Assembly: GCA_951406725.2 (NCBI GenBank)
Contig: OX597837.1
Location: forward strand, 40,796,001 to 40,860,000
Length of the DNA stretch: 64,000 nt
DNA from: Octopus vulgaris
Taxonomy: Eukaryota
Reading direction: 5' to 3'
Shown here piece after piece: positions 13,854-28,470 of this stretch. Numbering within the stretch: position 1 is the first letter of the stretch; each line of letters opens with the position of its first letter. The notes below the pieces were generated by a model. The model made no database searches and was not told the origin of the DNA. It worked only from the letters and a program-made list of their open reading frames with translations. The translations under genes were made by a program, and so were the position numbers.

Positions 13854-14264
13854 GTGATGGTCTTTCTGATCAGCCCAAGACTATAGTTGAAGACATTTGG
13901 CCAAGGTGCCACGCAGTGGGACTGAACCCAGAACGATGTGGTTGAGAAGCAATCTTCTTTCCACACAACCACACTTTCGCCTATTTTATTGATTGTGAAA
14001 TATTATCGTTACTTCTGTAACCTTGCTTATTTCTCTTGGTAGGACTGCTAACCCTACACAAACCCATTTTTACCCATGGGAAAAGGAGTTCCACATCATT
14101 CTAGCCTCCATCCTTTGATCTGTCCAGCATGGGAGGCTAATAAAGGAGTTTGCTCTCCGCTGATTTTTCTCTTAGATTCGTTGCGCCATCCAAGCCATCA
14201 CACCACATGTGGACATGTGGTGGACTACAATTACTGGACATGTGGTGGACTACAATTACTAATA

Positions 14265-15232
<968 letters not shown>

Positions 15233-16463
15233 GAGGTTGGAAGGAATTTAACAAGATCAAGACAGTAGTTCTCTTGCATTTTATAAAATCTGGTACTAAT
15301 GTCATTGGTGTGTTACATTGCAGAAACGTAAGCAAACCAACACTAGTTGTTCAATGTGTGTGTGTGTGTGTGTGTGACTGTGTGTACATGTGTGTGTGTG
15401 TGTGTGTGACTGTGTGTACATATGACTGTGTGTGTGTGACTGTGTGTGTGTGTGTGTCTATAAGACGGGTTTCCACACTATTTACAAGTACCAAATTCAC
15501 TCACAGTCCTTGATCAATCCAGATCTTTGATGATGACCTTCGGCGAGGTTGAACAACCAATCCTAACCAGACGAGATTCACAACACAAGTCGTATTAGAC
15601 ATCCTATCAATCGCTGAAAATAAAAGTAAGACAGTGCTCCAGCGTGACCAGAGTCCTACGGCGGGAAACCATTAAAATAATAAGAACGAGAGAAAAGGAG
15701 CAGAAAGCATTTTATTTTTTGTATTTGTGGCGTATTTAGTGGACCACACTGGTCAACGTATTACTTGCCAACCACAAGTATATCTACCCTTCAACACTCA
15801 AAAAAAAAAGAAAAAAAAAGAAAAAACAGAAAAAAAAAAACGGAAAACATAATAATTTGCGTTTGATACAAGTTGCTGACCCGTTGAAGCATCGAGCCTG
15901 TTGTTTTGTTTGTAGCAATAATCAGCCAAGCATGAACAAAGTAACGCATCTAAATCAACTTTCTGACATTTAAGATTCCGGGTGCCGATGTCGAGCTACT
16001 TGTCCGTTGATTTATAGCTAACTTATACCCTTCACAATCCTTTATAACTTTATAATTCCTATCAAATACCTCTTAACAAGAATTAACCCTTTAAACACAC
16101 GCACACATACAGACACACACACAAACACTTAGACACGGACAAAGGGCCAAAAGTCATACACAAACACAGACACACACAAACATATATACACACAGACACA
16201 CAAGCAGAATTATACGCACATTCAATAAGGGTGTATGTATGTTTATAAGCGAGTGTGTGTAAATATTTACGTATAATGCGCGTGTATGTGTAAATACACA
16301 TACACACACAGATATATATATATATATATGTATGTATGTATAGGTGTGTGTGTACACACACTCATACGTATGTGTAAATACATTTATCAATATATGCATA
16401 GTTATATGCACTCGTATACAGACGTCTGTGTGTTGTGTATATAATACATATATATATATATAC

Positions 16464-16516
<53 letters not shown>

Positions 16517-16841
16517 TGTGTGTGTATGTATATATATATATATTTATATGTATGTATATATATGTGTGTATATATACATATGTATACATATACATTTATA
16601 CATGCGTATAAATATGAATATATGTGTGTGTATGTGTAGATGTGTATGTATGTAGGTATGCATGTAAAGGTAGGGTAAATACTTATTCACAGCAACCAGC
16701 CATAAGCAAACAAACATCTCAAAGCAAATAAACACACAATAACTTTACAAGGGACGGGAAGGGGAAGGATTAATGTTCGGCTTAGTAATGGATATACAGC
16801 ATCCCAAGTGTTTATTGTCGCATATTCTCACACCTTTTTAA

Positions 16842-16886
<45 letters not shown>

Positions 16887-16988
16887 CCCGCATACACACA
16901 CACATATAGTGACCTTCTGAAGTGTTCGCTAAGATGTACTTAGACGGAGAGCTTCGTGAAGCACACATACACAAATGTACACACACAA

Positions 16989-17026
<38 letters not shown>

Positions 17027-17368
17027 ATACAAGCACACACATATACGTTCATGCATATACACGCTTCTTCATCAGTAACGGACAGATATAAATGTCCATC
17101 GCAGTATAATGGACACTATATACATACATAAACACAAACACACACACACATACATACATACATACATACATACATACATACATACATACATACATACATG
17201 CATACATACATATATGCACATACATAAACACACAAGTGATACACAGTTGCACACACATACACTCGCACACAAGCTTTACAAGGTAAAAATATGTATATGG
17301 AGCAAACTATCTATTTATCTATCTGTGTAACTCTGTCTCTCTGACCCTCTGACTGTCTGTCTATCTAT

Positions 17369-17430
<62 letters not shown>

Positions 17431-17453
17431 GTCTATCTATCTACCCACATACG

Positions 17454-17487
<34 letters not shown>

Positions 17488-17519
17488 CAAACACACATAC
17501 ACACATACACACACATATA

Positions 17520-17799
17520 AAGGAATACCAAAAATAAGACAAGAACGCAAAATATTCGGACAAACGATACAAAAAAAAATAAGGACGGGGCGTTCGGAGT
17601 TTTTCTTCAGTCGAGTTTCAGATTATCTTAGCAATTTCGGCTGGTTATGCTCGATATATATATAAGATTAATCAGCCGAAATTGCGAAGATGATCCGGTT
17701 CTTGACTGAAGATTGAAGGCTTCGAATGTCCCGTCCGTGTTTTTGTATCGTCTACTAAATGTTTCACGTTCTTGTCCCAGTTTGTACTTATATTTTTAC

Positions 17800-17800
<1 letters not shown>
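17520..17800. mobile_element. Two oppositely oriented copies of a structured, TA-inserted element (CAGCCGAAATTGC...CTGAAGA family)
   Basis: Homologous to 24923-25352 and 41910-42200; T-rich 3' tail abuts (TA)n. Confidence 0.6.
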
Positions 17801-17852
<52 letters not shown>

Positions 17853-17937
17853 TATATATATATATATATACATATACACATATATTTATAAATGTAGCCA
17901 CTACACATTTTTTCTCTCCTTCTTTCTTTCTGTGTCC

Positions 17938-17973
17938 CTTTCTGTAGAAGAGCGTAGGCTCGAAACGTAAAAG
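17938..17973 (+). ncRNA. Minimal type I hammerhead-like motif, A6U core
   Basis: CTTT-CTGTAGA-A-GAGC-GTAG-GCTC-GAAA-CG-TA-AAAG: stem I CTTT/AAAG, stem II GAGC/GCTC, palindromic ACGT stem III, GUA site. Confidence 0.6.
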
Positions 17974-18176
17974 ACTTTTTCAATTCCAGAACACTATACT
18001 AATACATCTGTTTGTTTTCTACACCACCTGTCTTCGTCTTTTCTCTTTTTTTTTTTTTTTGTGAATTCTCCCTATTTATATATATTCTTTCCTTCTTTCC
18101 TGAGCGTCCAATAATACTATATTTGTTCCACGTCCTCGCGTTGTTGTGTTTTTTTGTGCTTTCTTGTTTGAATTAA

Positions 18177-18224
<48 letters not shown>

Positions 18225-18227
18225 TTT

Positions 18228-18420
18228 ATCCTTTTACTTGTTTGCGTCAGTTCCATGTAGCCTTGCTGGAGCACCGCCTTGAAGCGTTTAGTCGAGCAAA
18301 TCGACCCCCAGGACTTACATTTTAAGCCCAGCAATATTATATCGGTGCCTTTTGCCGAACCACTAAGTTACGGGGGCGTAAAGACAAACGTTGTCAAACG
18401 TTGATGGGGGATAAACACAG
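18228..18420 (-). mobile_element. Family A SINE 3' half
   Basis: GCTGGAGCACCGCCTT...GCCGAACCACTAAGTTACGGG. Confidence 0.75.
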
Positions 18421-18729
18421 CACAAAGGATATTGTTCAATAGTCTCAGGGTTCAAAAATATAGGGAAAGTGAACAATGGATTACATTATCTTGTTGCTAC
18501 TTTATATATATATTTATATTGTTTTTTTTTAGGTTCACGGTCAAGTGTGTTTGAGATGGGTAATAGTTAATACAATTGAGGGGTGATAGTTAATACTTGT
18601 CTAGGAATATATTTCATCACCCCCGAAGAGTTGAACTCTGCGAGATTGAAACGCAGGTCATTTAAGAGCGGGAACGAATGCCACGAAACATTTTCCCCAC
18701 GTTATAACCACTCTGCCAACTAATTAACT

Positions 18730-18945
18730 AATCCTTTCTGCTAAGGGCACAAGGCCTGAAATTTGGGGACAGAGGAATAGTCGATTACGTCGACCCCAGT
18801 ATTTCACTGGCGCTTAATTTATTGACTCCGAAAGGAAGAAAGGCAAAGTCGATCTCTGCAGAATTTGAACTCGGAACATAGCGAGAGGTGAAGTGATGCT
18901 AAGCATTTTGCCCGGGTGCTAACGATACTGCCAGCTCGCTGCCAT
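18730..18945 (-). mobile_element. Family B SINE
   Basis: Same diagnostic blocks as the other family B copies. Confidence 0.8.
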
Positions 18946-19841
18946 ACAAGTAAGCTAATCATATTTTCTTATGTCTATGTGTGCGTGGATGTGTGCGTGT
19001 GCATGTGTGTGTATGTGTGTGTGCGTGCATTTGGGTGGATGTGTGTGGATGTGCTTGGATGTGTGTGTGGCAGTGTTTGTGAGGTGTGGTTGTGTGTGTA
19101 AACGTGCCTGTGTACGTGGTGTGTATACATGTGTACATACGTATGTGTATGTATGTATATATATATGTGTGTGTGTGCGCGTATGTGTGTGTGCGTGTGT
19201 GTGTGTGTATGTGCATTCCCATCTAAAGAAGCAGTCGGTTATTGCAACCCCAATCCACGGGGAAGGCCGTTGATGGATGACCCTGAAACAATACCATTCC
19301 GTCTCTCCTCCTCTCTTTGTATCTCCCTCTCTCCTTCTTCCTTACTCTCTCTCTCTCTCTCCCCATCACCTTCCACTCTCCCTCTTCCCTCTCTTATATT
19401 ATAATTTATCTCTTCATTTTCATTTCATTCAGTTGTCGCTTTCTCACTCCTCTTCATTTCTTTCTCTTCCTTTTCCTTTTTTTAACTCTACACCCAGCTC
19501 CCATCTTGCTTTGTTTCTTTCCTTCTTCCTTTCTTCCTTTCTATCTATCTTTATTTGTTTATTTATTTTGTATACTTCTTATACTTCTAACTTCATCACC
19601 CGAATCCACAGCATCACAACTCCCCCCCCACACACACAAACCCTCTGCTTCTGTCTATTTCTTTTTTTATACACACTCACTGACACACATCTGTATAAAC
19701 ACACGCATCTAAACACAGATACAGAGACATATATACACACGTATATATATATATGTATGGAATTTAAAGAAAAACAAAAGACGAAAACAGGTGTATAAAC
19801 ACAAACGTGTATTAGTTCAACGCTGGGGAAGGTGGGAACGT

Positions 19842-19877
19842 TTCTCACATTTCGAGCCTACGCTCTTCAACAGAAAG
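19842..19877 (-). ncRNA. Decayed minimal hammerhead-like motif, A6U core
   Basis: Minus strand CTTT-CTGTTGA-A-GAGC-GTAG-GCTC-GAAA-TG-TG-AGAA; the cleavage triplet is mutated. Confidence 0.45.
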
Positions 19878-19967
19878 GAACACGAAGAAATAAATAGAGA
19901 GAGAATAAAATAAGCTTTTGGAGCTAGCGGTCAGTCATGGCGGCTGGATGTGCGTGGATGTGTGTGG

Positions 19968-20004
<37 letters not shown>

Positions 20005-20200
20005 CACAGGGGACTAAACATAGGGGTGACAAACAAGGACAAAGGGATTAAATCGATTACTTCGACGCCAGTGCGTAACTGGTACTTAATTTATTGACCC
20101 CGAAACGATGAAAGCAAAGTCGACCACGACGGTGTTTGAACACGAAATACCGCTAAGCATTTCGCCCGGTATGCTAACGAGTCTGCCAGCTCGCCGCCCT
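20005..20200 (-). mobile_element. Family B SINE
   Basis: Diagnostic blocks; ends in TCTGCCAGCTCGCCGCC. Confidence 0.8.
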
Positions 20201-20269
20201 TTGTACGTATGTGGTGTATGTGTGTATACAGATATATACGTGTGTGGGGGCGTGTATGTATATGTGTAA

Positions 20270-20744
20270 TTTTTACCACCTAATGCAACAATCAATGCTC
20301 AAGTCTACTGTCAGCAATTAAAGCGTTTGAACGAAGCTTTGGAGAAAAAAGACCCGCTTTAGTGAATCGAAAAGAGTGATGTTTCATCAGTACAATGATC
20401 ACATCACAGAAGATCGAAGAGCTTGGTTGGGAAAATATTCCTCATCCACCTTATTCTCCTGACCTTGTTCCTTCAGACTACCATTTGTTTCGTAGTTTAC
20501 AGAATCATTTGGGGGGGCATAATTTTTGCAAGCCAAGAGGAGGTTGAAACTGACGTTTCAGAGTTCTTCGCTTTGAAACCAAAAGAGTCTTACATTGATG
20601 GGATTAAAAAGCTTGTAAATAGATGGAAGGAAGTGATAGATAATCAGGGAAAGTACATTGATGATTAAATTTCAATTAAATATAGCATTCGATCACTTGT
20701 TTTCTTTATTCAAAATTCGAACTAAACTTATGGGATGGCCTGAT
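20270..20744 (+). mobile_element. Mariner transposase 3' remnant with right TIR
   Basis: Frameshifted translation LPPNATINAQVYCQQLKRL...ELGWENIPHPPYSPDLVPSDYHLFRSLQNHL...FFALKPKESYIDGIKKLVNRWKEVIDNQGKYIDD; ends TTATGGGATGGCCTGA-TA. Confidence 0.92.
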
Positions 20745-20891
20745 ATATATATATATATATATATTTCCTGTTTGGATTTGGTTTGCAAGATTTTTTATGT
20801 GAGTGCGTGTGTTCAAGTGGAAATTTTACCGGTGAGTGTGTTAGATTATAAGGCACTAAAAGAGAAAGATTCTCCCCAGAAAGAACAGTAT

Positions 20892-20947
<56 letters not shown>

Positions 20948-21984
20948 TCAGGGTGAGTACTTGATAATTATAATGTACGTATGTACGTATTATAATGTAC
21001 GTATGTACATGTGGGTGTGTACACGTATAATGTCCGTGTATACATGCGGATATTCTGTTGTATGTATGTATATGTACGCGTGGGCGTGTGGGTGTGTGTG
21101 TGTTTATGTACATGTTTACAAGTGAGTGCGTGTGTATGCTTATAGGCTTGGAGCCGTGTATGCGCGCGTATATGCACGCGTGTATATGGGTGTATGTATC
21201 CATGATGGTATGTATGTACAAGATGACCAATTAATTCAAAGAACTAGATTAAACTCTCAACAGCTCTGATTTACAACACATTAGGTCCCCAGACGACACT
21301 GTTGATTTATTGACACCCAAAACTTCTACAACTAAATTTTATCAATCTCCTGACCACCATGTTTGGTCCGTAACCTCTATACATCCCTTATCTTTATATT
21401 TTTTTACACTTTTATCATGTTTATTCCTATTTTTAATTTTTTTACTTTTTACTTTTATTTCTATTTCTATTTTTACTTTATAACCTTATGCCTTTACATT
21501 TATTTATATTTCCTTATATTTCTTTATATTCTTTATACCCCCTTTACATCTCCTTATATCCCTCTATATCTTTATACTCTACATTTTTATATTTTTCTAT
21601 ACTTACACTTTTTATACATTTTTTATCCCTCGTCCTGAATTCTCGCCCCTCCATCTTCACGTCTATATATGTATTTATTTATTTACATTACTTCAACATC
21701 CAAATTTCCTCATTCTACATTGAGAGAAGAAAGAGATGGACGCTTCAATTCTATGCTGCTGCCGCATTATGTCGTACGCGAATGAGAGGATTTGCATCCC
21801 CAACCAAGAATTTTTGATGTAACACATGTCCTTGTGGAAGCTGTTGTGCGCGGCTGAAGAAGGCCACAGACATACATTATGCATTGTTATAAATCTGTCT
21901 AATAAAGGCCCGAAACATATGTACCGCTGAATCCTTCGAATCATGTTTTTATTTTGATCAATTTTTATATATATATATATATAT

Positions 21985-22027
<43 letters not shown>

Positions 22028-22086
22028 CAGTCAAGTCGAATAAATGAACAATATATGTATATATATATATATATATACACATACAG

Positions 22087-22118
<32 letters not shown>

Positions 22119-22619
22119 GTATATATATATGTATATGTATGTGTATATACACACATATGTACATATATAGATGCACATTTAAACACGCACATATACACAG
22201 GCACACCATCCTTGTTCCCCTAATAAACCGCTAAAGTTTTCGTTTTCATTTTACAACGATTTCGCTCGCCGCGCACAAACCCCTTACAATTATTTATTTA
22301 TTCATTTATTTAATTTTATTCATTTCATTTTATTTATTTTTTCTATATTTTTATCTGTTTTATATATTTACTCAATTTTACTCGTTTCATTTTACTTTTA
22401 TTTATATTTATGTTTATATTTTTATTTATATCCATTTTATTGTCTCTTTAAATTCACCCCGTTTTATTGTCAGGCGACACTTGAATGGATTCGCCAACAA
22501 ATAAATGACAATTTAATAACTGTGAAGTTTAGGGGCCATCGACCAACCGGCCAACCAGCCAACCGGCCAACCAGCCAACCGGCCAACCAGCCGACTAGTC
22601 AACAAGCCGACAGAATTGT

Positions 22620-23160
22620 AATGATAATGATGATGATGATTATGGTGTTGGTGGTGGAGGTCGTCGTCGTCGTCGTCGGCGTCATCCTGTTGATGATGCT
22701 GGTGATGGTGGGGGGTAGTTGCAGTAGTGGTGACGGTTGTGATGACGATGACGATAATGAAGAGGGCGATGGTGGTGGTGGTGGTGGTGATGATGATGAT
22801 AATGATGATGATGATGATGGTGATCATGATCATGATGTTGATGATGATGATGACGAATACGATGACGATGATGATGATGATGATGACGATGATGATCATG
22901 ATGCTGATGATTACGGTGACGATAGTGATAAGGACGGCGACGACTATGAAGCTGCTACTATTGTTGCTGCTGCTGATTATGATGATGGTGATGACGACTA
23001 CGACGACGACGATGATGATGATGATGACAGTGATGATGATAACGATGATGGTGATAATGACAACGACGACGACGATGACGAAGTTGACGATGATGATGAT
23101 GATGATAATGATGACGACAACGGTGATGATGATGATGATGATGAAGATGACTATGGCGAC
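22620..23160. repeat. (GAT)n/(GAC)n degenerate trinucleotide repeat
   Basis: Direct reading. Confidence 0.9.
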
Positions 23161-23244
23161 ACGAAACAAATATACAAAATTAATTAAAACTATATCTTCA
23201 AATTCTCCCTCCCCACCACCCTTTCTCTCTGTCTGTGCATGAGC

Positions 23245-23302
<58 letters not shown>

Positions 23303-23929
23303 GTGCCTGCCTGTGTCTTGTTTCCTCTGTGGTTAATGATCGAGGATAATTAAAAAGAGAAGTTAATTACATTTTAAACAAAATCAACGGCAGCGCCACC
23401 GCCGTCGCCACCACCACCACCACCACCACCACCACCACCACCACCACCAAAAAGAACAACAACATCAACAACAATAGCAAGCATTTAAACGTGGCTTTTT
23501 ATTCTTCGCGTCGTTCACACCTTAACCTTACGCGAGCGGTGGCGGGACAAGCGACAAGCGGACGGGCGGCGGGCGGCGGCATGCGGCGGGCGGACTGCGG
23601 AACGGGCGGACGGCAGAAAGACACAGAGGAAGAGAGACAGACAGACAGACAGATAGACAGAGACAGATAGAGAAAGATACAGAGAGAGAGAGAGAGAGAG
23701 AGATAGAGAGAGAGAGAGAAAGAGATAGAGAGAGAGATAAAGAGATAGAGAGAGAGAGAGCAGCTTATGAGGCGTGGGAAGAGAAGGAGGGGGAGTAGGC
23801 GGAGGAGGAGAGAAACAGTGGCTGAAGGGCACGGGTCGAATGGGGTTAGGTAGAGAATCATAACCATATCATACAGAGGAAAAGGAAACACCGAGGTACA
23901 GTCGGTTAGTGAGGGGAAGGAGGTGACTC

Positions 23930-23961
<32 letters not shown>

Positions 23962-24017
23962 TGTATGTGTATGTGTGTGTGTGTATGTGTGTGTGTAGCT
24001 GGATTGTAAAAATCGTG

Positions 24018-24120
24018 GAGGCGCAATGGCCCGGTGGTTAGGGCAGCGGATTCGCAGTCATAGGATCGCGATTTCGAATCCCAGACCGAGCGTTGTGAGT
24101 GTTATTGAGCAGAAAACACC
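24018..24120 (+). mobile_element. tRNA-derived SINE head, interrupted by a mariner fragment
   Basis: GGAGGCGCAATGGCCCGGTGGTTAGGG (A-box), TTCGAATCCC (B-box); a SINE tail resumes at about 24590-24650. Confidence 0.7.
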
Positions 24121-24526
24121 TCCGGTCAACAGAAGAGAGCCATTCATTCTTCATGACAATGCTTGACCACACGTTTCACTAATGACCCTCCAGAAATTGA
24201 GGGAATCTGGCTACGAAGTTTTACTCCACCCAGCTTATTCCCCAGACCTTTCTCCTACCGATTATCCTTTTTTCAAGCACCTTGACGGCTTCTTGCGGGA
24301 GAAGTAGTTTCAAAAATCAAACCGATGCTGGAAGTGCGTAAAAAGAGTTCATCAGCTCCAGAACTCCAGATTTTTATGATATCGGAGTATAAACAAACTT
24401 AAAAATCGACGGCAGAAATGTGTTGAATATAATGGTGCTTTAATGAGTAAAATTTCTGTATTGTTGAAATATATTGTGATGAATTTCATGTTTCAAAATT
24501 ATACTTACTATTCACTCAGCCCGATA
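24121..24526 (+). mobile_element. Mariner (cecropia/Hsmar1-like) transposase 3' remnant
   Basis: VNRREPFILHDNA*PHVSLMTLQKLRESGYEVLLHPAYSPDLSPTDYPFFKHLDGFLREK, containing HDNA and YSPDL motifs with stops. Confidence 0.9.
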
Positions 24527-24650
24527 TTTCTTAGAGCCATTCAGCGTCACTTTCTAGCATGTGGCGCTATTTATTATTGTCCCTATTATAATTGCCCCAG
24601 CATGGCCACAGCTCATGAGCTGAAACTGGAATCAATCAATCAATCAATCA

Positions 24651-24709
<59 letters not shown>

Positions 24710-24760
24710 GCCATGATAGATGGCTAGCCACTACACATTCTTTATTTTCTCTCCTCGTTT

Positions 24761-24796
24761 CTTTCTGTGGAAGAGCGTAGGTTCGAAACGTTAAAG
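24761..24796 (+). ncRNA. Minimal type I hammerhead-like motif, A6U core
   Basis: CTTT-CTGTGGA-A-GAGC-GTAG-GTTC-GAAA-CG-TT-AAAG; lies in an element homologous to 17895-18075. Confidence 0.55.
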
Positions 24797-24887
24797 ACCT
24801 TTTCACTTCTCGAGCATTATACTAATACATCTGTTTGTTGTCTACACCATCTGTCTTTGTCTTTTGTTGTTTCTTTTGTGAATTCTC

Positions 24888-24922
<35 letters not shown>

Positions 24923-24926
<4 letters not shown>

Positions 24927-25051
24927 AATCAGCCGAAATTACTACGATGATCCGGTTATGACTGAAGACTGAGGGTTTCGAATGTCCTGTCCGTGTTTAT
25001 TGTGTCGTCTTCTAAGAGTTATACGTTCTTGTCCATGTTGTATTTTTCTAC

Positions 25052-25111
<60 letters not shown>

Positions 25112-25352
25112 AACTGGGACAAGAACGCATAGCATTTAGAAGACAATACAAAAAGCACGGACGGGACATTCGAAGCCTTCAATCTTCAGTCAGGAACCGG
25201 ATCATCCCCGCATTTTCGGCTGTTTAATCTTGAGATAGCTCGAATCTGGCCAGCCCCAAGGAAAAACTCAGCTAAGCGCATTAGATTCCTTGGAAAAAAG
25301 CTTCGAATGTATACGAAACAAGGATGGAAAACGGACGATGTTACACGAATAT
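24923..25352. mobile_element. Tail-to-tail inverted pair of structured elements around one (TA)n tract
   Basis: 24923-25045 is the reverse complement of 25108-25230; both 3' tails point into the TA run at 25058-25109. Confidence 0.75.
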
Positions 25353-25436
25353 GTATACAAAAATGTGACACACAGCGAGACTGAAACCCGAATCATGAAT
25401 ATAAATGTTTACATACGTGTGTGTATGTACGTATGT

Positions 25437-25820
25437 TCTTTTATCCTCTTATTTGTTTCTGTCAGTTGACTGCGGCCATGCTGGAGCACTGCCTTAAAGT
25501 CTTTTAAATGAAACAATCGGCCCCAGGACTTATTTTTTTGTAGGCCTAGTACTTATTCTATCGGTCTCTTTTGCTTAACTGCTAAGTTACGGGGGACATA
25601 AATGCAATGACATTGGTTGTCAAGCGATGGTCTCGGGACAAACAGACACATTGATACACACATAGACACATGTATATACGACGAGCTTCTTTCAGTTTCC
25701 GTCTCCCAAATCCACGCACAAGGCTTTGGTCATCCCGAAGCTATAGGTGCCATGCAGAGGGACTGAACCCGGAACCATGTGGTTGGGAACCAAACTTCTT
25801 ACCACACAGCTATACCTGCA
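25437..25820 (-). mobile_element. Near full-length family A SINE
   Basis: Complete head-to-tail homology with the 28765-29230 copy. Confidence 0.85.
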
Positions 25821-25822
25821 CT

Positions 25823-26048
25823 TGAGCTGGCTGAACCGTTAGCACGCCGGGCAAAATGCGTAGCACTATTTCGTCCGCCGCTACGTTCTGGGTTCAAATT
25901 CCGCCGAGGTCGACTTTGCCTTTCATCCTTTCGGGGTCGATAAATTAACTACCAGTTACGCACTGGGGTCGATGTAATCGACTTAATCCGTCTGTCTGTC
26001 CTTGTTTGTCCCCTCTATGTTTAGCCCCTTGTGGATAGTAAAGAAATA
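25823..26048 (+). mobile_element. Young family B SINE
   Basis: GAGCTGGC...GGTTCAAATTCC...GCCTTTCATCCTTTCGGGGTCGATAAATT...GTAAAGAAAT. Confidence 0.88.
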
Positions 26049-26061
26049 TTTATATATGTGT

Positions 26062-26447
26062 ACTAGCAGTATCGCCCGGCGTTGCTCAGGTTTGTAAGGG
26101 AAGTAACTATAAAGCATTTTTAGAGAGTTATAGCCAAAAAATAGCAAAAAAATGGAAAAAAAATGATGGTAAATTTTTTTTGAGAGTTAAAAAAGGAGGA
26201 GTTGCGTCCCCTAGACGGTCTGTGGTTTGGGTTTCTGATTCTCGACCCCATGTCGAATTTATCGATTTTTTTCAGAACTGGGGGAACTTTTCAAAATTTT
26301 CGCTGCGTTAGTTTTGAATTATGACATTGGGCTATGTGTGTGTCAAGTTTCATCAGAATCGGTTGAAAGCCGTGGTCGGAGTGAGGGTACGAGAAAACAG
26401 ACACACAGAAAACGCACAGACAAACTGCCGTTTATATAGAGAGAGAT
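26062..26447 (+). mobile_element. Non-autonomous Helitron/Helentron-like element
   Basis: 5' ACTAGCAGTATCGCCCGGCGTTGCTC; AAGTTTCATCAGAATCGG; 3' CAGACAAACTGCCGTTTATATAGAGAGAGAT. Confidence 0.65.
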
Positions 26448-27129
26448 GTATGCTTATATATAAATGCATGTATGCACGTATGATTGAATGTATGTATGTA
26501 TGTATGTATGTATGTATGTATGTATGTATGTATGTATGTAGCATATATATTTCTACCCACGCCAAACGGACCCTCAGGTCTCTATGAGTTATACAGGACA
26601 CAAAGGGATTTATCATGATTTCCTGCCCAGAACGAATAGACATCTTTTTTCCTCTTAAAATATGATTCTATACAAATTAAAATGCTCAATTGATCTCTCA
26701 GAAAAGCGAACATATTTCTAAGTCTTAGTCAGGACCAGGTGCTATTTATATATCTATATATATATGTGTGTGTATGCGTATGTATATACATATATATACA
26801 CACAAATATATATACATACATATATATATATAGACAGAGAGAGAGAGAGAGACATTGATACATACAGGTATGCATATCACATATGATTGTGGATATGTAT
26901 GTGTGTGTGTGATTGTGTGTTTGTATACACACATATATATAAATATATATATGTATATACATATATATACACATATATATTATGTATTATTTCTATTTTA
27001 GTGCTTGCATGTATGATATATAAATTTATATACGTATATACAAGATATACACACACACACACATATATACATATGTATATATATGTATATGTGTGTTTAC
27101 ATATACCCACACATATACACATATATAAA

Positions 27130-27202
<73 letters not shown>

Positions 27203-27569
27203 TATATTTATATATTATGTATATAGACACACATATATATATGTATAACTAATATTTGGAAAAACATTTACATCTTTGTGTATGTGTATGTAACAGAGTG
27301 TGAGAGAGAGAGAGAGAGAGGGAGACAGAGAGAGAGAGGGAGACAGAGAGAGACATACACAGAGAGGAAGAGAGAGAGTTTGTGTGTGTGTGTCTGTCTG
27401 TGTGTCTCCCTATAATGAACCGGATGTGGTAGGATGCTTCTGCAGTTGACCGAAAATAACAGAACAACAATGGTCTTGTGTTGACAATAACCACAAGAAT
27501 AATGAATCATTGTGGTGACCACCACTACAGAACGCCGCCAACACCCTTTAGTCCACTACTATTTATACC

Positions 27570-28470
27570 TCCACTACCACCACTAGCACCACCACCACCA
27601 CCACCACCACCACCACCACCACCACCACCACCACCACCACCACCACCACCACCACCACCACCACCACCACCACCACCACCACCACAACCAACACCACCAC
27701 CACCACCACCACCACCAACACCACCACCACCAACACCACCACCACCACCACCAACACCACCACCAACACCAACACCACCACCACAACCAACACCACCACC
27801 ACTACCACCACCAACACCACCACCACCAACACCACCAGCAACATCAACACCAACATCACCACCAACAACAATACCATCAAAAGCAACAACAACAACACCG
27901 CTATCACCACCACCGCCATCACCATCACCGCCCTCACCATCACCACCACGACTACCACCACCGCTACAACTTGCATTACCACCACGACAACCAGCAACAC
28001 TACCACTACAACTTGTACTGCCACCTACACCTACACCATCTCCACCACTTGCCACCCACCACTACTGTCCACAACATAACAAACCCACCACCTCTACTAC
28101 CACTATAACTTATACTACCACCTACACCTACACATTCACCACCACCACCAACACCAACACCCCTATAACTTGCACTACCAATAACACCACCACTATATCT
28201 TGCACTACTACCTATACCTTCATTACCATCACCACTAGAACTAACACCGTCAACAACCCCACCAACTACACTACCAAGTTTACAACTTGCACTAACACCC
28301 ATACCACTACCACCACCACCACCACCACCACCACCGCCACCATTATTACTACCACTACAACCACCACCAACAACACCACCACTAAATCTAGCGCCGCCAC
28401 CAACGCCACTACACCCACTGCTGCAACCCCAACATGCCGCTATCCTCACCACCACCACCACCACCACCAT
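27570..28470. repeat. (CCA)n and degenerate CCA/ACT-rich repeat
   Basis: Direct reading; source of the 373-aa Pro/Thr ORF. Confidence 0.9.

Noticed and set aside
22522-23187. Asp-rich ORF resembling acidic shell-matrix proteins
   Set aside because: (GAT)n microsatellite; overlapping poly-M and poly-I ORFs show it is a repeat artefact.
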